A stretch of 63,090 nucleotides of DNA, counting the filler, from Platydemus manokwari (lineage: Eukaryota), in the NCBI GenBank assembly GCA_037951405.1. It is 6 parts of 6 records of this genome, joined end to end, with 100 filler letters (N's around TTAATTAATTAA, not from the genome) between each part and the next. Parts side by side here need not be neighbours in the genome. Positions count along the whole stretch, not along the records: positions 21,460 to 33,970 come from JBBMOY010105565.1; positions 34,071 to 43,341 come from JBBMOY011273873.1; 4 more parts are not named here. One strand, 5' to 3'. Shown in pieces: positions 25,740-39,000 of this stretch. The notes beneath the pieces were generated by a model. It had not been told where the DNA came from. It saw only the letters and a list, made by a program, of their open reading frames with translations, and ran no database searches. Numbering within the stretch: the first letter of the stretch is position 1; each line of letters starts with the position of its first letter. The position numbers and the translations under genes are program-made.

Positions 25740-26300
25740 TATATCATAAAATATAATCAACTGAAAATAGAGATTGAAAAAATAGTAGGAAATTTAATTT
25801 GCTTAACCACTTAAGCATCTCGAATGAGATCTTCTCGCGCATCAAATGTATTCCACTTATAAATATTATGTTTATATTTTTATCTGAAGCGATACCTTCT
25901 CTCCCGTTTGTATTTAATAGAGCTGAGTGTATATTTATTGTATGCTCTTTCGAACCAATTCCAAGTACCGAAAAAATATGTTCACAGGAAAACCCTCGAA
26001 TTAAGTGATTAATATCAATTCATGGAAGTCATTTTATCGTATCGTTAATTTCAACACAGCATATTTTTTGACTTTCCTCATTTATTCATTACTACGTCAC
26101 CAAAGATTTTCAAATCTTACAGATGATTCTCCAGATATTAATTTTCTAAAATTTTTGCACAAAATGGATTCCATAACCTTGTGAAAGGTAAATGAAATTT
26201 TACTTGAAACTCTGGTTCATATGAGTAAAAGTTGTTTTACAGAAATTTTGTTGGTAGTTGTCGAAGAGTGAATTGTAGTGTACTAATTCCATTTATTATT
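25740..26300 (-). pseudogene. Disrupted relic resembling a periplasmic-binding-fold/ATD N-terminus (iGluR-like)
   Basis: Open stretch IDINHLIRGFSCEHIFSVLGIGSKEHTINIHSALL...INIIFISG resembles the ATD pattern (VxAIxGPxxS...IPxIS). Upstream exon-like pieces have splice sites but in-frame stops. Confidence 0.3.
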
Positions 26301-26471
26301 TTTCTATTTAAGTTAAATTTATATATAATGCAAAATATAAATTTTATAATTTTTTATTAGAAAATAAATACAAATTTTAACTGACAATTTTTTAATACAT
26401 TTAAGCATAAAATTGTTAAATGTTAATGTGTTTTGTTGAATTCAAGTGAAATAATAAACGACACATAAAAA

Positions 26472-29400
26472 TCAGATATGAATTCTACCGTAGAATTTTA
26501 CATGAACTAACTCCATTATTAGAAGAATAATACCTATTGTATAAATAGATAACAATACAATAAATATTCCGAATGAATTTTCCATATCGATCGGACTTAT
26601 TGATTCGATTTCATTTAGACAAAATGACTTTTGGCCTCTTCTAAGGTCTTCTTCGTACCATTTATAAATGATTCCTCTATTGGCCAACATTTGTATTCTG
26701 GAATATAAAAGAATATCTTTAATATGATTAAATAATTGATAATATTTCCAAATTATGAATAATACAATTAAAACAAGCACACAAACAGCCAAACAAGAGA
26801 ACAAAAACAAAATAAAAATTGACACAAAAATCGGAGTCGAAACGTCACCGAGAAGATTAGCTATTTCTTGCAAGATTCGATTGGTTTTATAGTAATCCTG
26901 CACATATTATTGAAGTGAGAAATGTTATCGAATAAAATATTGATTTTTTAGTTTTGATTTAAGTAAAATATTAATGATTTTCCTCTCGAATTATTCAAAA
27001 ATTATAAATCCAAAATTTTCTAATTTTTAAAAATGTATATTTTAAACAAACCAATAATATAACAAGGTAAGTTTTGTTTGATATTTCATTGTTTTCAATC
27101 AGCAGAAATATTGTTTAGTCTGTTCCTTAGAAATCGAAATCACATTAAGTTTGATTATTAATAAAATTGTGGCCAAAAGTTCTCTTGTGCAATGATATTG
27201 ATTTAATTTAATAAAATAACTTATTCGTAGGGGTAAATGTGGAGTACATTAATACTTGACAAACACTTATTGAAAAAGTAATTCTATCCATAAAGTATTA
27301 ATGAAATCATAGCGCTGCATTTATTATCAAATCTAGCTAAATGTCTGTACGCAGACTCGAAATATAAAATCAGATTAAAGATTTAAGATTCATAATAATT
27401 TTTTAGATAATAAACATGTAATAATTTTCTAAATTTACTTGCAATTTGGGTGACGGCAAAAGTATCCTATATAAATCAACGTATAACAGTTTATCTAAAT
27501 TATATAAAATCTAAATATATTTTTCAATTGAGAGCTCAAAAGAAATTTTTATATCATGTATATTGATTTATTTTTTATTTCTAATTTCAACAATAATTAT
27601 TTGTGATTATCACTACTCAACTAAACAGAAACCTAACAAAGAGTTTAAAATTAAATCTATTAATCGATGTAAGGATATTTTTGAAAGTTTGCTCGAAGCC
27701 TATTTTTAAGACAATCAAGGTTTTCTGATATTTTTGAATCTGCAAATAAAAGCAACAATTATAAAGCTAAATATAATAAATAATTTGATAATAAATTCTA
27801 ATGGTAGCGCTTTGTTTGAAGTTCACTTTTCCCAAAGAGTACTACAAAGAAAACTAACATTTTATACATACCATCAATAGTTTTATAATTTGAAAATTAC
27901 AAATTTCCTTTGATAAGTTTATACATTCAAACTTTTTAGTAAGAAATGTAAAATTATTAATGGCTTTATAGCTAGTTCTTGAAATCTATTATTTAAGTTA
28001 TTGGAATTAGCATGAAAAATGATTTTTGAAAATAGTCGTGGCTATTTTACACTCGAAAACCAAAAGTTTTTAAATTGTGTCAATATTTTGGATTTAGACA
28101 ATATTAGCTTCTTAACAAAATGTCGTGTAATTTTAAAATGCCGTTTTCTTTTTGAGAACAAAAATTAAAATATCTTTTCAGAAGGTAAAAAATTATTTTA
28201 AAATTTAATGTGGACTTAGCCATAAAATAGATGTAAAACATGCTAAGGAACAAAATTTAATAGCTTTCATATCTATTTTAAATTAAATTTACAGCACGCA
28301 TCTATGACATAATTCATCTGTAAAAAAGGCTCAATAAGTACTTCTTGGTGTATGATTGCAATGATAACGAATGAAATTATTCAAAGTATTAAACAAAAAA
28401 ATGTTGGTTTGTTTTTAGTCGCGCCTGATTATATACGTTTGACTGGTCCTAAAGGGGCTTCAACAACCGGTATTGAAGACCAAGCTGTTAGAAAAGATTT
28501 GATATTAATTTACGACTGTAGCATAGAGGATACTGAGTCACTCTGGGCCTAAAATAATAATATGGGATTATGAACATTCTTCCCGTAATTAACAAATAGA
28601 ATAATAAATGATTTATGGCAAAAATATATGATTTCACAATTCCTAGTGGACCTTTAGTCGTGAATGATCAATGTGATTATATAGAAAAAAAATAAACACG
28701 ATTGTCGGTTTCAAAGTTTTTAAACAATTAATATCAAAAAGAACACAAAAGTTTGGAATAATATCCCATACCTCGCCTCAGCGATTAACAGGTAATCCGT
28801 GCAACGGACGAAGATATTAAATAGTGCGGAGAAAGTCGTTGTCGTTAATATTTCTAATAAAATCAGCTTTAGAGTTAAATTTAATCATCAATGGATATAA
28901 TATTATAAGTTAAAGTTTAGCAAATATATAAATTATTGTTAAAAGATACAATAATAATGTGAGCAATGAATAATGAAGAACACAATTTAAGTAACTCTTA
29001 GTATGATCTGTGAACGGGAAATATCTCAGCAACTCCAATTAAATTTTCTGTAGTTAATAATCTTCGTCCGGCCAATAACTTCCTCAAAGCTTCTTTCAAT
29101 AAGTAATCCTTTAGTCAAGATATTTCCTCAAAGATTGCTTTCAATAAATAATCCTTTTGACTTTGCAAATTTGAAAAATTTGATTATTGTGAACTCGCAA
29201 AATGAATTGGTTAAGTGTGTTAAGTGCGTTTGTTCTGTGACCAGCGCCGATATTTATACGCGCTTGGTCACATCCATTATTCTCTCACGGCTATTCATGC
29301 CGATTTTTGTCACTTTAACCTCCTGTAAATTTTCACTTTATCAGATTTTTTCTCACGAATTTTCAAATTAACTTTTATTTTGGTTAATTTTTCACATAAG

Positions 29401-32400
29401 ATTTTCTGCTTATTCAACTAAATAATTTACCGGCTTTAACTTATTATCTAATTTAATTAATTTCTCTCATATTAACTTTTCTTCTTTTGACTTTGTTATT
29501 TATTATTTGCTCTCTTCTTTTTTTTCCTTTCTTATATTTTTATTATTTATCAATGTTATTATTTACCTTTATTATTTAATATCGATTTTATTATTTATTA
29601 TTTTGTTTATTATTAGTTTTCATTATTCATTATTTATTTAACTATCATAAGCTCTCCGCACCATCCATCTTCCTCACTGCTAGATTTTGACATAATATAT
29701 AAAATAAAATAATAAATAAAACACTAAATAATAGCAAACACCAATATTGTTTATTTGTTAGTCAATGTTCAAAGCAAAATTGAATCATAATGTAAGAAGT
29801 AAAGTTGGGCCATAATGTAAGCAAAATTGGATTACTACGCTACTCATTGTCAAACATCGTTCATTGAAGGCAGGCTTGAATTCTGAGCTTCTGATTATCC
29901 TCAAATCTGAACCTCAGCGCAGACTATGGTCAGGGTCAATAGGCTCAATTGTATGTTATATTACAGTGGGTTATGTTGTAGGGGCATTTATATTGTATAT
30001 CTAATGGGTTCATGTTCGGTTTTTTTGTGCTTTGGGTTTTAGCCTACATTATGGGATTGTTATGTATTATATTACAGTGGGCTGAGGGTTTTTTGTAGGC
30101 TTTGTAGGGGTTGCTTGCCCAACAAAAGTGCAGATTAATATATTTTTTTCTTTTAATAATGTGACAATTTCTGGTTTATCACCCATGATATACGTAATTC
30201 TATCCGTACATTAATCACAGTTAGTGTACTTCAATTTATATAATTACTATCAAATTCACAACAGAGATTCAAATGTCAACTTCTCTAGTATTGTCCTTCG
30301 AACTTTCAACTGACAAGGTCTCTTCAATTATATGGAAATCTTTGTGTAATACGGTGAATATAAATCAGAAATTGATCACTATAAGTGATATTGGTAATTT
30401 CATCTAGCGCTAGTAAACAAGTCAAATTTTTTTAGAATTTTGTTGGAACTGTGCTTGGATAATATCTTTAACAATATCTTCGAGCAATTATCTTCTTTGA
30501 TAAACTTATTTAACTAAGTGCATATTTCTTTCCAACAAATTATATCTTCAACTTTTAGCATTGTTTTTCATTGTTTTACAAGCTCATAAAAATGTTTTCC
30601 TTATTTGATTTCTTGAATTTATATAGCTGGCTAAAATTGAGTCTTTATTTTGTGCAAACATGCTAATAAAAATAGTATTTTTTGCAAATATTGGTTTCTG
30701 AAGCTTTTATTTTGTTGTTTTTCCAATTGCCTTGTCATACGTATTTCGATTGTAATGTCGATTGTTCTTGTATTCCCTCATTATAGACGCAACCCAATTA
30801 GTTAATAATTCAACATCAATATCTCAAGAATTTTTCTATTTGGTAGTCAATTTTGTTCTTCTTTTTTCATTAATTATTATATAATTTAGTTATTTTGTTA
30901 AATAAAAATTAGAATCTGATTAAACTTATCAAACACTGATTTTATATAAGCAAAATAATTTAACTTTACGGCAATGCATAACAATAACATTTAAACAAAC
31001 TTAATTTAATATTGTCCTCATAAAATCCCGTTATTTAAATGTGTTTATAAATATTTTGTTTGTGATAAATTTTATCACAAATGATAAACATTTGAATAAT
31101 AATATTTATTTATTTGATCAAGTAATTGTTCGCGTGACACATGAAAATTCTCAAAAGGTAGTCTTCACTTTGAGAAACATTAGTGCATATTTAAGAGAGA
31201 AATAATTCTGATTTTATTTAGAAATGAATGAAAAATAATATTTATAATTACTTATTCTCAAAATAAATAATCAAAGGAATAGACGATACCTTTTATTAAA
31301 TGCGTCTTTGTAGTTTGCAGTTTTAGGTAATATAAAACCATCGTAAGAACTGTGAATGATATCCTCTAAAATACTGTAACGGGAACAATTCGAGGCAAGC
31401 GTATTAACGGCGTTAATGTATTCCATTGCCAAAGCCGCGTTATCCATTTTCTCTAACTTTATAGTCGTTTCATTAAGTTCATAGCTGTTAATTTTACAAT
31501 TTTTACCAATTTATAAGAATTGCGTGTATTCTTTGTCTTTGAAGCAATCTTTTGAATTATTGGATCTTTCGAATTCTTTGAGAGAGATGATAATAATAGT
31601 ATATTAAGTGAATGGTACAATAAAATTAACTTTTATAGTATAGGCTGAGGCATGCCCATCAGTTAGATATAAAACAATATCTTTGTTTTCTGCGAATTGT
31701 TCCAGTGTTCGAGGATATATATCAGTAGGCTGATTTGTTAGAAATGATGTCAGATCAGCTGTGAGAATTACGGTTGATATAAAATGATAAAATATAAATG
31801 TGATAATAAATTGATTTGAAACAAAGTGCAATGAGGGAGAAATTCACATTTCTATCTCATAGTTTGAATGTTTATGCATAAGTTTGAAATTTATTCCAAT
31901 TATATTTATAACGAATTATGAAATTATCCATTTATTTCATAAAATTTGATCATTGGTTTAAGGGTGCATTCTCAATATTTTGTAGTTTGATTTGCAATAT
32001 TTCTAAATGCACTTTCTCACAAAATATGCGCTAGTGAAACTGTCGTTCTTGATAATTTATTTGATGTTTATATTGGTAAAATCTCAACTTATAATTTCAA
32101 TCGGCCAAATTCGATTAGACCTGTATAATTTCTGTTATATTTCGCCTCAAGTCGATATTGATGTTTCATTTTCGAATACGCATTTAGATCACAGCAAACA
32201 AATGTTCCGTCTAAAATTTTTTGAGATTCCAATGTGAAAACTATATTTATTTTAGAAGTTTGTAATAGATCTTGCTTCATTCATAAAATATTTATGTTTA
32301 CTTACTTATTAGCTTGACGTATGTACAAATATTTAGGATTGTTCTGCGTAAGTATTAGATATTTAAAATCATAAATTTTATCAACGATGACTCATTCTAT

Positions 32401-33210
32401 TGAGAATTATTAATAAAATTTGAAATTTTCAAAATAAATTATTTTAAAATATGTAATACCTGAAAACACTGCCAGAATTATCACAACAAAAACCCACCAG
32501 AATGCTGACACAAATCTCGAGGAGATTGAATATCCATAAAATTCTTGACCTAATTTCAAAATGAAGTCACAAAATATTCGGTAATTAAATGACCTTGAAA
32601 CAAAATCGATCCTAAAATGTTCCACAAATTATTTTGAAATGTAATTTCGTCTCTCACAGCAAACGGGAGTTGTAAATTCCATGCAGATAAAGGATTAAAT
32701 CGACAAAACACTGTTACACAAAGTGCAATGACTAATATCGAGAAGATTAATAGGATCCAAATAATTGATTTCAAAGGTCTACACAATTACAATTTCGATA
32801 TCATATATATTTATTTATATATTTTAATTTCAGAACGAGCTAAATGTGCATAATACAAATTTTACAACTTGGTATATAGTTCCATTTAATTTTGATTTTT
32901 CTTGAAAGACTTCTGTTGCACACGATAATTAATTTTACTAGCATTATATGGACTGAAATTTATTTTCATATTTACTTAATTTGTGTTATTTTTGTTAATT
33001 GTTTCTTAAGTGGGATCTTAGGTCGAAAGACAAAATAAAAATAATTAAAACTACAATTACATTCTTGAAATAACCATTTGAAAAAATAAGCATAAGCTTG
33101 ATCCTTCTTTATTCGGAACCACAAATAAAGAGAACTTCAGAATGCTTTTGCATGGCGTATAATAATAAAATCTTTAAATTTGCTCTCTAACTTTATTTGG
33201 TGCCTTCAAT
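26472..33210 (-). CDS. Divergent ionotropic glutamate receptor / IR-like channel (S1-M1-P-M3-S2-M4); frameshifted, possibly a pseudogene; 5' part missing
   Basis: Exons 32778-32594 (PLKSIIW M1, RFNPLSAW, NNLWNILGSILFQG pore), 32549-32460 (SISSRFVSAFWWVFVVIILAVFS), 31758-31631 (ADLTSFLT...RTLEQF), 31575-31290 (S2: ALAMEY, C, DGFILPK, AFN; 1 nt short) and 26697-26472 (G..YKWY..C..IDMENSFGIFIVLL M4, stop). Degenerate S1 piece (KVREQ; FSLFVVP) at about 33060-33210. Confidence 0.85.
28300..29680 (-). mobile_element. Probable decayed LINE 5' region (gag-like ORF1/endonuclease) in the iGluR-like intron
   Basis: Leader gaggaagatgg at about 29675, a degenerate zinc-knuckle-like RINIGAGHRTNA (about 29240) and LKTLKPTIVF (about 28710). 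Heavily disrupted. Confidence 0.3.
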
Positions 33211-33970
33211 ATTTTTATTTATTTTATTCTTATTGAATTTGGTTAAATTTAATATTCCTAAATTGGTTTGAGAATTCAAAAAATTAAAAATTTTTCTTGC
33301 TTTCACTTGTTCAATATAATATTACAGATAACATCGAAACTTTCCTATAATATTATAAAATACAATTAGATATCGTGACAACCCACATTAACATTACCAC
33401 AGGTTTGCTCGCGGTCATATCACGCCTTCCTCTTATTAACACACTCCTTAGCTCCATTCAAAAATGTTTTGGTAGATATTGTTTAAAATAATTAGAAGTT
33501 ACTAAAATTAGACCAAAAAAGATTGAGAACCTAAAAATAGAATAAATATAGAAATAATGAAAATAGTTAATTCGTTAAAAAGAAGAGAAGAATAAAAGAA
33601 AATCGATTACTGAGAAATACGCCTACGATTATTCCACAAAATAAAGTTAAAAAGAAACCTCTACAAATTATTTCAATAAACCAATCTATAATTGATTATT
33701 ATAAGTCCACAATTGTTCAACGAAGCATAACTAAAGTTCATAGCAAATACTCCACGATAACAATCTATAATTGTTCACCACCGACACTACTCTGTTAATG
33801 AGGATTAAAATTATTATATATGATCGATTCTCAACCGATTAGAATTACAACAAGTAAGAACGGAGTTATTTTCTAAAAAATCGTTCTAAAAAGTATTAGG
33901 TGTATTAGTATGATTCCGGCTTTTACAAAAATGAGTTAAAATTTGTATTTCAATGAATAAATTTAATTGT

Positions 33971-34070
33971 NNNNNNNNNNNNNNNNNNNNNNNNNNNNNN
34001 NNNNNNNNNNNNNNTTAATTAATTAANNNNNNNNNNNNNNNNNNNNNNNNNNNNNNNNNNNNNNNNNNNN
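33971..34070. other. Artificial assembly linker N44-TTAATTAATTAA-N44
   Basis: Same construct as at 11880; adjacent (ATT)n at about 34078-34160. Confidence 0.95.
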
Positions 34071-34077
34071 GCTTAAA

Positions 34078-34133
<56 letters not shown>

Positions 34134-35099
34134 TATTATTTATTTTTATTATTATTATTAAGGAGTATATTTTATTTTTAGAAAATTAATAATTTCTCTT
34201 CATTAAGATTTTGTGACATATGTTTTCATTTATTCTTCATAAAATCGATATGTTTAATTAAAATTCTTCAATTAGATAATAAAATTTGTTAATATTATTT
34301 TACTGTCGATATTAAAAAGAGAAATCCAATCAAGTTGTTGAAATAGGAATTTCCATTAACTATACTATTGAGATTCGTCCATCTAATTGAAATATTATAA
34401 AAATTAATGAAACAAACCCCATCGAATTAATCAATGACTCTACTGTAGACATCAATAAAAACGGTGAAATATTTTACTGTGGTTCTTCACAACATAATTA
34501 GTTGTTGTTGTGTTGGTATTTGAATTGGTTTTGTTTAATATTGGGTAAAATATTGATAAATATTGGGTATTTTGTTAGGCAGAAATTCAATATTGAAAAT
34601 CTTACAGAAAATATATGCGATTTTTCAAAACACAGAATATCGAATATAAAAAAATGGGGAAATATCGATTTTTATCGATGAATATCCTAAAAAGTTAATA
34701 ATTAGTTTCTCACTTTTAGTTGGAATAAAGTATTACACGCGCATCAGTGTCAATCGAAGGAACTACGATTTCGAGAATAACAAATCAATATATGAATGAA
34801 ATATTTATCGAAAATCCTCTACCACAGTGTTGAGGATTTGTTGCAGACGTTTTTATAAAATAATTTGTAGTGTAGCTAAACAATTACTGTAGTAATTCTC
34901 GTTTGGTTTTTGTTTTAAATATAACTGATAAATGTTATAATAATTTTATAAATAATTCAATTGACCACCAAGAAATTAAACCAGCAAATACCATTGTGAG
35001 CATTTAAATGGAAATAATATTTCTAAGGATTTTATTTTTGGATAAAATTTTGCAAAAAATCAATTTAATTTGTTTAAATAATTGTATTGAAGTACATAA

Positions 35100-36280
35100 T
35101 TTAGTGTCTAGTTCTTTCGGTTCGTTTTATATGGGCGTTTTATAGAATAGTAGCGGCTAACATCGCGGCCATGTCGGGACTTGGTTCTAAGAAGATCAAT
35201 GGCTTAAAATCATGGAAAAATAATTTGAGAATATATTGAGAAGATACGAAGAAGATATAAATTTGTTAGGTCTATCAGCTGTAGAGCACAACAATACTCG
35301 CTTGAAACTTTCTAACTGACTCCAAAAAGATAGTAGTTGAACACCAGGATATATTTCAAAACACTGTATAAACTTTATTCGGTTCACACTAGAAATTACA
35401 ATTAAGGGTTCAACCCTTATCATCAAAATATGGAACTTGTCCGCACACAATATTGGGCTATTGGCCGAGGAGCTACCACTGGCCTATACTACGATATAAG
35501 CGTGCGCAACAAATAGTTCCTGACGCAACACTCTGATTATTTTACCGATATTCTGGAGCAACGTCCTCGAATATCCTAATATTTATATCTACTATTTTCA
35601 TCAAATATCCGGGAAAACTATTTCCACAATATTACGCTGAAATTATAATAATGAACATAAAACAATAACCTGTCTGATTTTTAAAAAGATCTTATCACTT
35701 ATGGTTCGAGCTTAACCAATAATATTCCATTTCTGACCCCATTAATATCTGGTCATATCTGTTTCTCTTTCGCCGATTTATTTCTAATTCAAATCACTTC
35801 TGATAATGCTGTGTTAATGTCTGAATTACTGATCGCTTTCTGTTCTGACTGAAGTACTCTCCTGAATAATTATTTACTGTCTGAAACCATAACAGTTAGC
35901 TTCTGAGTGCCTTCACTTTTATACTGCAGTAAAAATAATTAATCACCACAACCTGTTGGCTAACCACCAATTTCACGAATTGATGTTTTTCTGTTCCGAA
36001 ACCCTTTCAGTCAGGCCAAAGTCTCTTTTCTCACCAACTTCCCGTGTTGGTACTTTGGTCATAATCTATTCTAAATAAATGACAACTTCCGATTACGGAA
36101 ACTGCTTTATATTTTTTAATAAATAATACACTTAAACAAACTGAATTTTTAAAATAATTAATTCTTTTATTTATTTTTCATATTATTTTGTTTATATATA
36201 TATATATATATTTAGAAAAATTAATTTTTATTAACTTTTTATTAATTATGTTTATTCGGTGGTGGAGTCTTCAAAGTAGA
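35100..36280 (-). mobile_element. Probable decayed LINE ORF1 (gag-like) region
   Basis: GC-richer coding-like island on the minus strand. RVEPLI...IQCF resembles the VEPYxPxxxQCxxC motif of LINE ORF1 proteins. Multiple stops. Confidence 0.3.
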
Positions 36281-36944
36281 TTTAGAGAAGATATAAAATA
36301 GATAAACGAATGAGAGTTTGTTACGTAGATAAATATGTTAACAATGACAATTAAGAACACAAAGAAAAGGAAATCAAGGATTTCAAAGAAAGAAGATTTA
36401 AACATTTTAAATGGAATTATAAATTTTTAAAATATGATTTTGTTTCAAATTTAATTCAGTATAAATTGTTTTCGTATTTAATGTGTGATTTTTAAAATAC
36501 TAGCGGCTTACAATCACCAAGCTGCATTTTATATGATAAACATTTATCTGAACTTAATTTCCCAAAATAATTTATTGAAATAGAATAATGGTTAGTTTTA
36601 TTTAAGTTGTCTGGAACAAATTGATTATTATTTCGATAAAATTGAGCTAGAAATTACTATTAAATTTCATAAATTTTCTGGCAAAGAATCTAAAGTATCG
36701 AATAACTTTTCATAGATTAATGAATAATATTCCTGGAAATGGCTTCTTCAATAAATATATCCGTAATGGGGTTGGGTTTTAAAAAATCGAAATTTTTATC
36801 GATTGAGAAAACATTTATCATTAATAAGATAATTTAAAATTAATTAAGTGATTTGAAAAATTTATGAGAACGATATTGGTTTTATCTATAATTTGACCTT
36901 CAAAAATATCGACAAAAATAATGATTAGATTTATAAGAAAGTTC

Positions 36945-37462
36945 TGATTCAGTTCAAATGCAGTTCATATCCAGTTCATATGCAGATCATATCCAGTTCA
37001 TATCCATTTCAAATCCAACTCATATCCAGTTCATTTCCAGTTAATTTCCAGTTCATATTCAGTTCATATTCAGTTCATATGCAGATAATATCCAGTTCAT
37101 TTTCAGTTCATATCCACTTCAAATCCAACTCATATCCAGTTAATTTCCAGTTAATTTCCAGTTCATATTCAGTTCATATTCAGTTCATTTCCAGTTCATA
37201 TCCAGTTCATATCAAGTTCATACCCACTTCAAATCCAACTCATATCCAGTTAATTTCCAGTTAATTTCCAGTTCATATGAACTGGAAATTAACTGAATAT
37301 GAACTGGAAATGAACTGAATATTCAGTTCATATTCAGTTCATATTCAGTTCATATTCAGTTTATATTCAGTTCATATTCAGTTCATATCCAGTTCATATT
37401 CATTTCATATTCAGATCTTATTCACTTCATTTCCAATTCATATTCAGATCACATTCAGTTCA
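36945..37462. repeat. 11-bp minisatellite (consensus CAGTTCATAT[T/C]) with a 110-bp higher-order period and an internal 44-bp inversion
   Basis: About 45 units. The variant aaatccaact recurs at 37011, 37121 and 37231 (110-bp spacing). Units are reversed at 37277-37320. Confidence 0.95.
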
Positions 37463-37649
37463 TAATATGCAATTTTTTTCTGTTTCGCTCATTTGAAGTG
37501 ATTAAATCAATAAATAAAAAACTTTATCGATTATAATTAAATATTATTCAGTTTTTATAAGGTTTTTAAATTTCTTTACTTATTCCTGAATTAAACAAAA
37601 TATTTATATCTGCTTCTTGATTATTGATCAAGAGACATTATCAAGGCTA

Positions 37650-39000
37650 AACCGACACCAATTGTATCTGTAAAGAAGTGGTGATACATTTTAAAAAAAA
37701 ATGACAAAAAAGTTAGACCTTGTGCAAGATTGGATGAATTATATTTTCAAAGATAAACAATAAACTAGAAAGATAACTAAACATAACCATGCCTATGTTT
37801 GGAATGTTAGTGAAAGTACTTGAAGGAAAGAACCCAAAATAATTCACGATAGGTATTTTGAACCCTAAGAGAAATGAGAAAATACTAATGAAAAGAAGAC
37901 ATCAAAGCAAGAAATGTTGAAGACACACTATTACAAAAACATCAAGAAAGAGAAATTTGGTCAGACTTCTGTCCAAAACAACAAGATCTATGGATATCTA
38001 GCAAGGATCAAATATCTAACATTACGCTAAGAATCGCAATAAATAAAAAAATAAAACCAAGAAGTTAGATAAAAGGTGCACATAACTTAATACGATTAAC
38101 CAAGTACATATAAGTAGCAAGAGACTTGTCAAAAAAAGTGGGAAACTTCTCACCAGCATTAAATTATCAACAACTACTTTATAATGAATTATTAGAGAAA
38201 CATTGAATAAAATTAATAGGAGTAGAAGCATAAATACAGCATCCCAGACAAAAAGACAGGATGATGAGGGTATAATTAAAAAGTGATTTCAAGGAAATAG
38301 GTATTGATTAAAGTAACGAATAGATATATAGAATCACCATGAAAATATGTATTTTGTATTGACCGATGATAAGCAGTAAGAAAACGAGATGACAAATACA
38401 AAATAAACTTGATAAAAAGGAAGAATACCAGTTTTTATGGTTTTAGATAAATTAATAAAACAAAAAAGAAAAGGATGGTATTCAATAAAACGACTAAATC
38501 TATAGAAAATATAGCTAAATTAATGGTCAGTTCTATTAGAGAAAATAGAGAGAGACAAGACCAATGAGTCGGTCGATCAAAAGTTGGGAACAAATTATTC
38601 TACTAATGAGTAGTGAGATGGGTGAGGAAAGAGCGATCATTCCTCGAGAAAGTGAAAATTTTATATCAGAAATAGATTTCAAGTCACTTTAAGAAATATA
38701 TGGCTTTAGTGACTGAGGAGGAAGATACAGCAGCAATCTCAAGTTTAAAAGAAAGGTTTTCAACCCCTAATGCATATTAGGCTTAGAGCTAGAGACCTGG
38801 AAAGAAATGATCAATATATTGAGTTGAAACTGAATGAAACTCGTACTGACATTATTTTCGACAGAATTCTTTAGAAAAAACAGATTTTCCAGCTACGTTA
38901 ACTTGCCTATATCTCCAAAAAAGCAGTTTAGGAAAGCATTGTAATAATAAGAAAATATTGAGAGAAGCAGTGATGTAAATCTGATTGAGAGCGATTCATT
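37650..39000 (+). mobile_element. Highly decayed Ty3/Gypsy pol-like relic
   Basis: Purine-rich, stop-riddled frames. GEERAIIPRES (about 38620) and KSWEQII resemble the integrase segment seen near 21710. Confidence 0.3.

Noticed and set aside
36945-37462. CRISPR-like array, or the 94-aa ORF 36980-37264
   Set aside because: Contiguous 11-bp units with no unique spacers and no cas genes in a eukaryotic context. The ORF is a by-product of the repeat.
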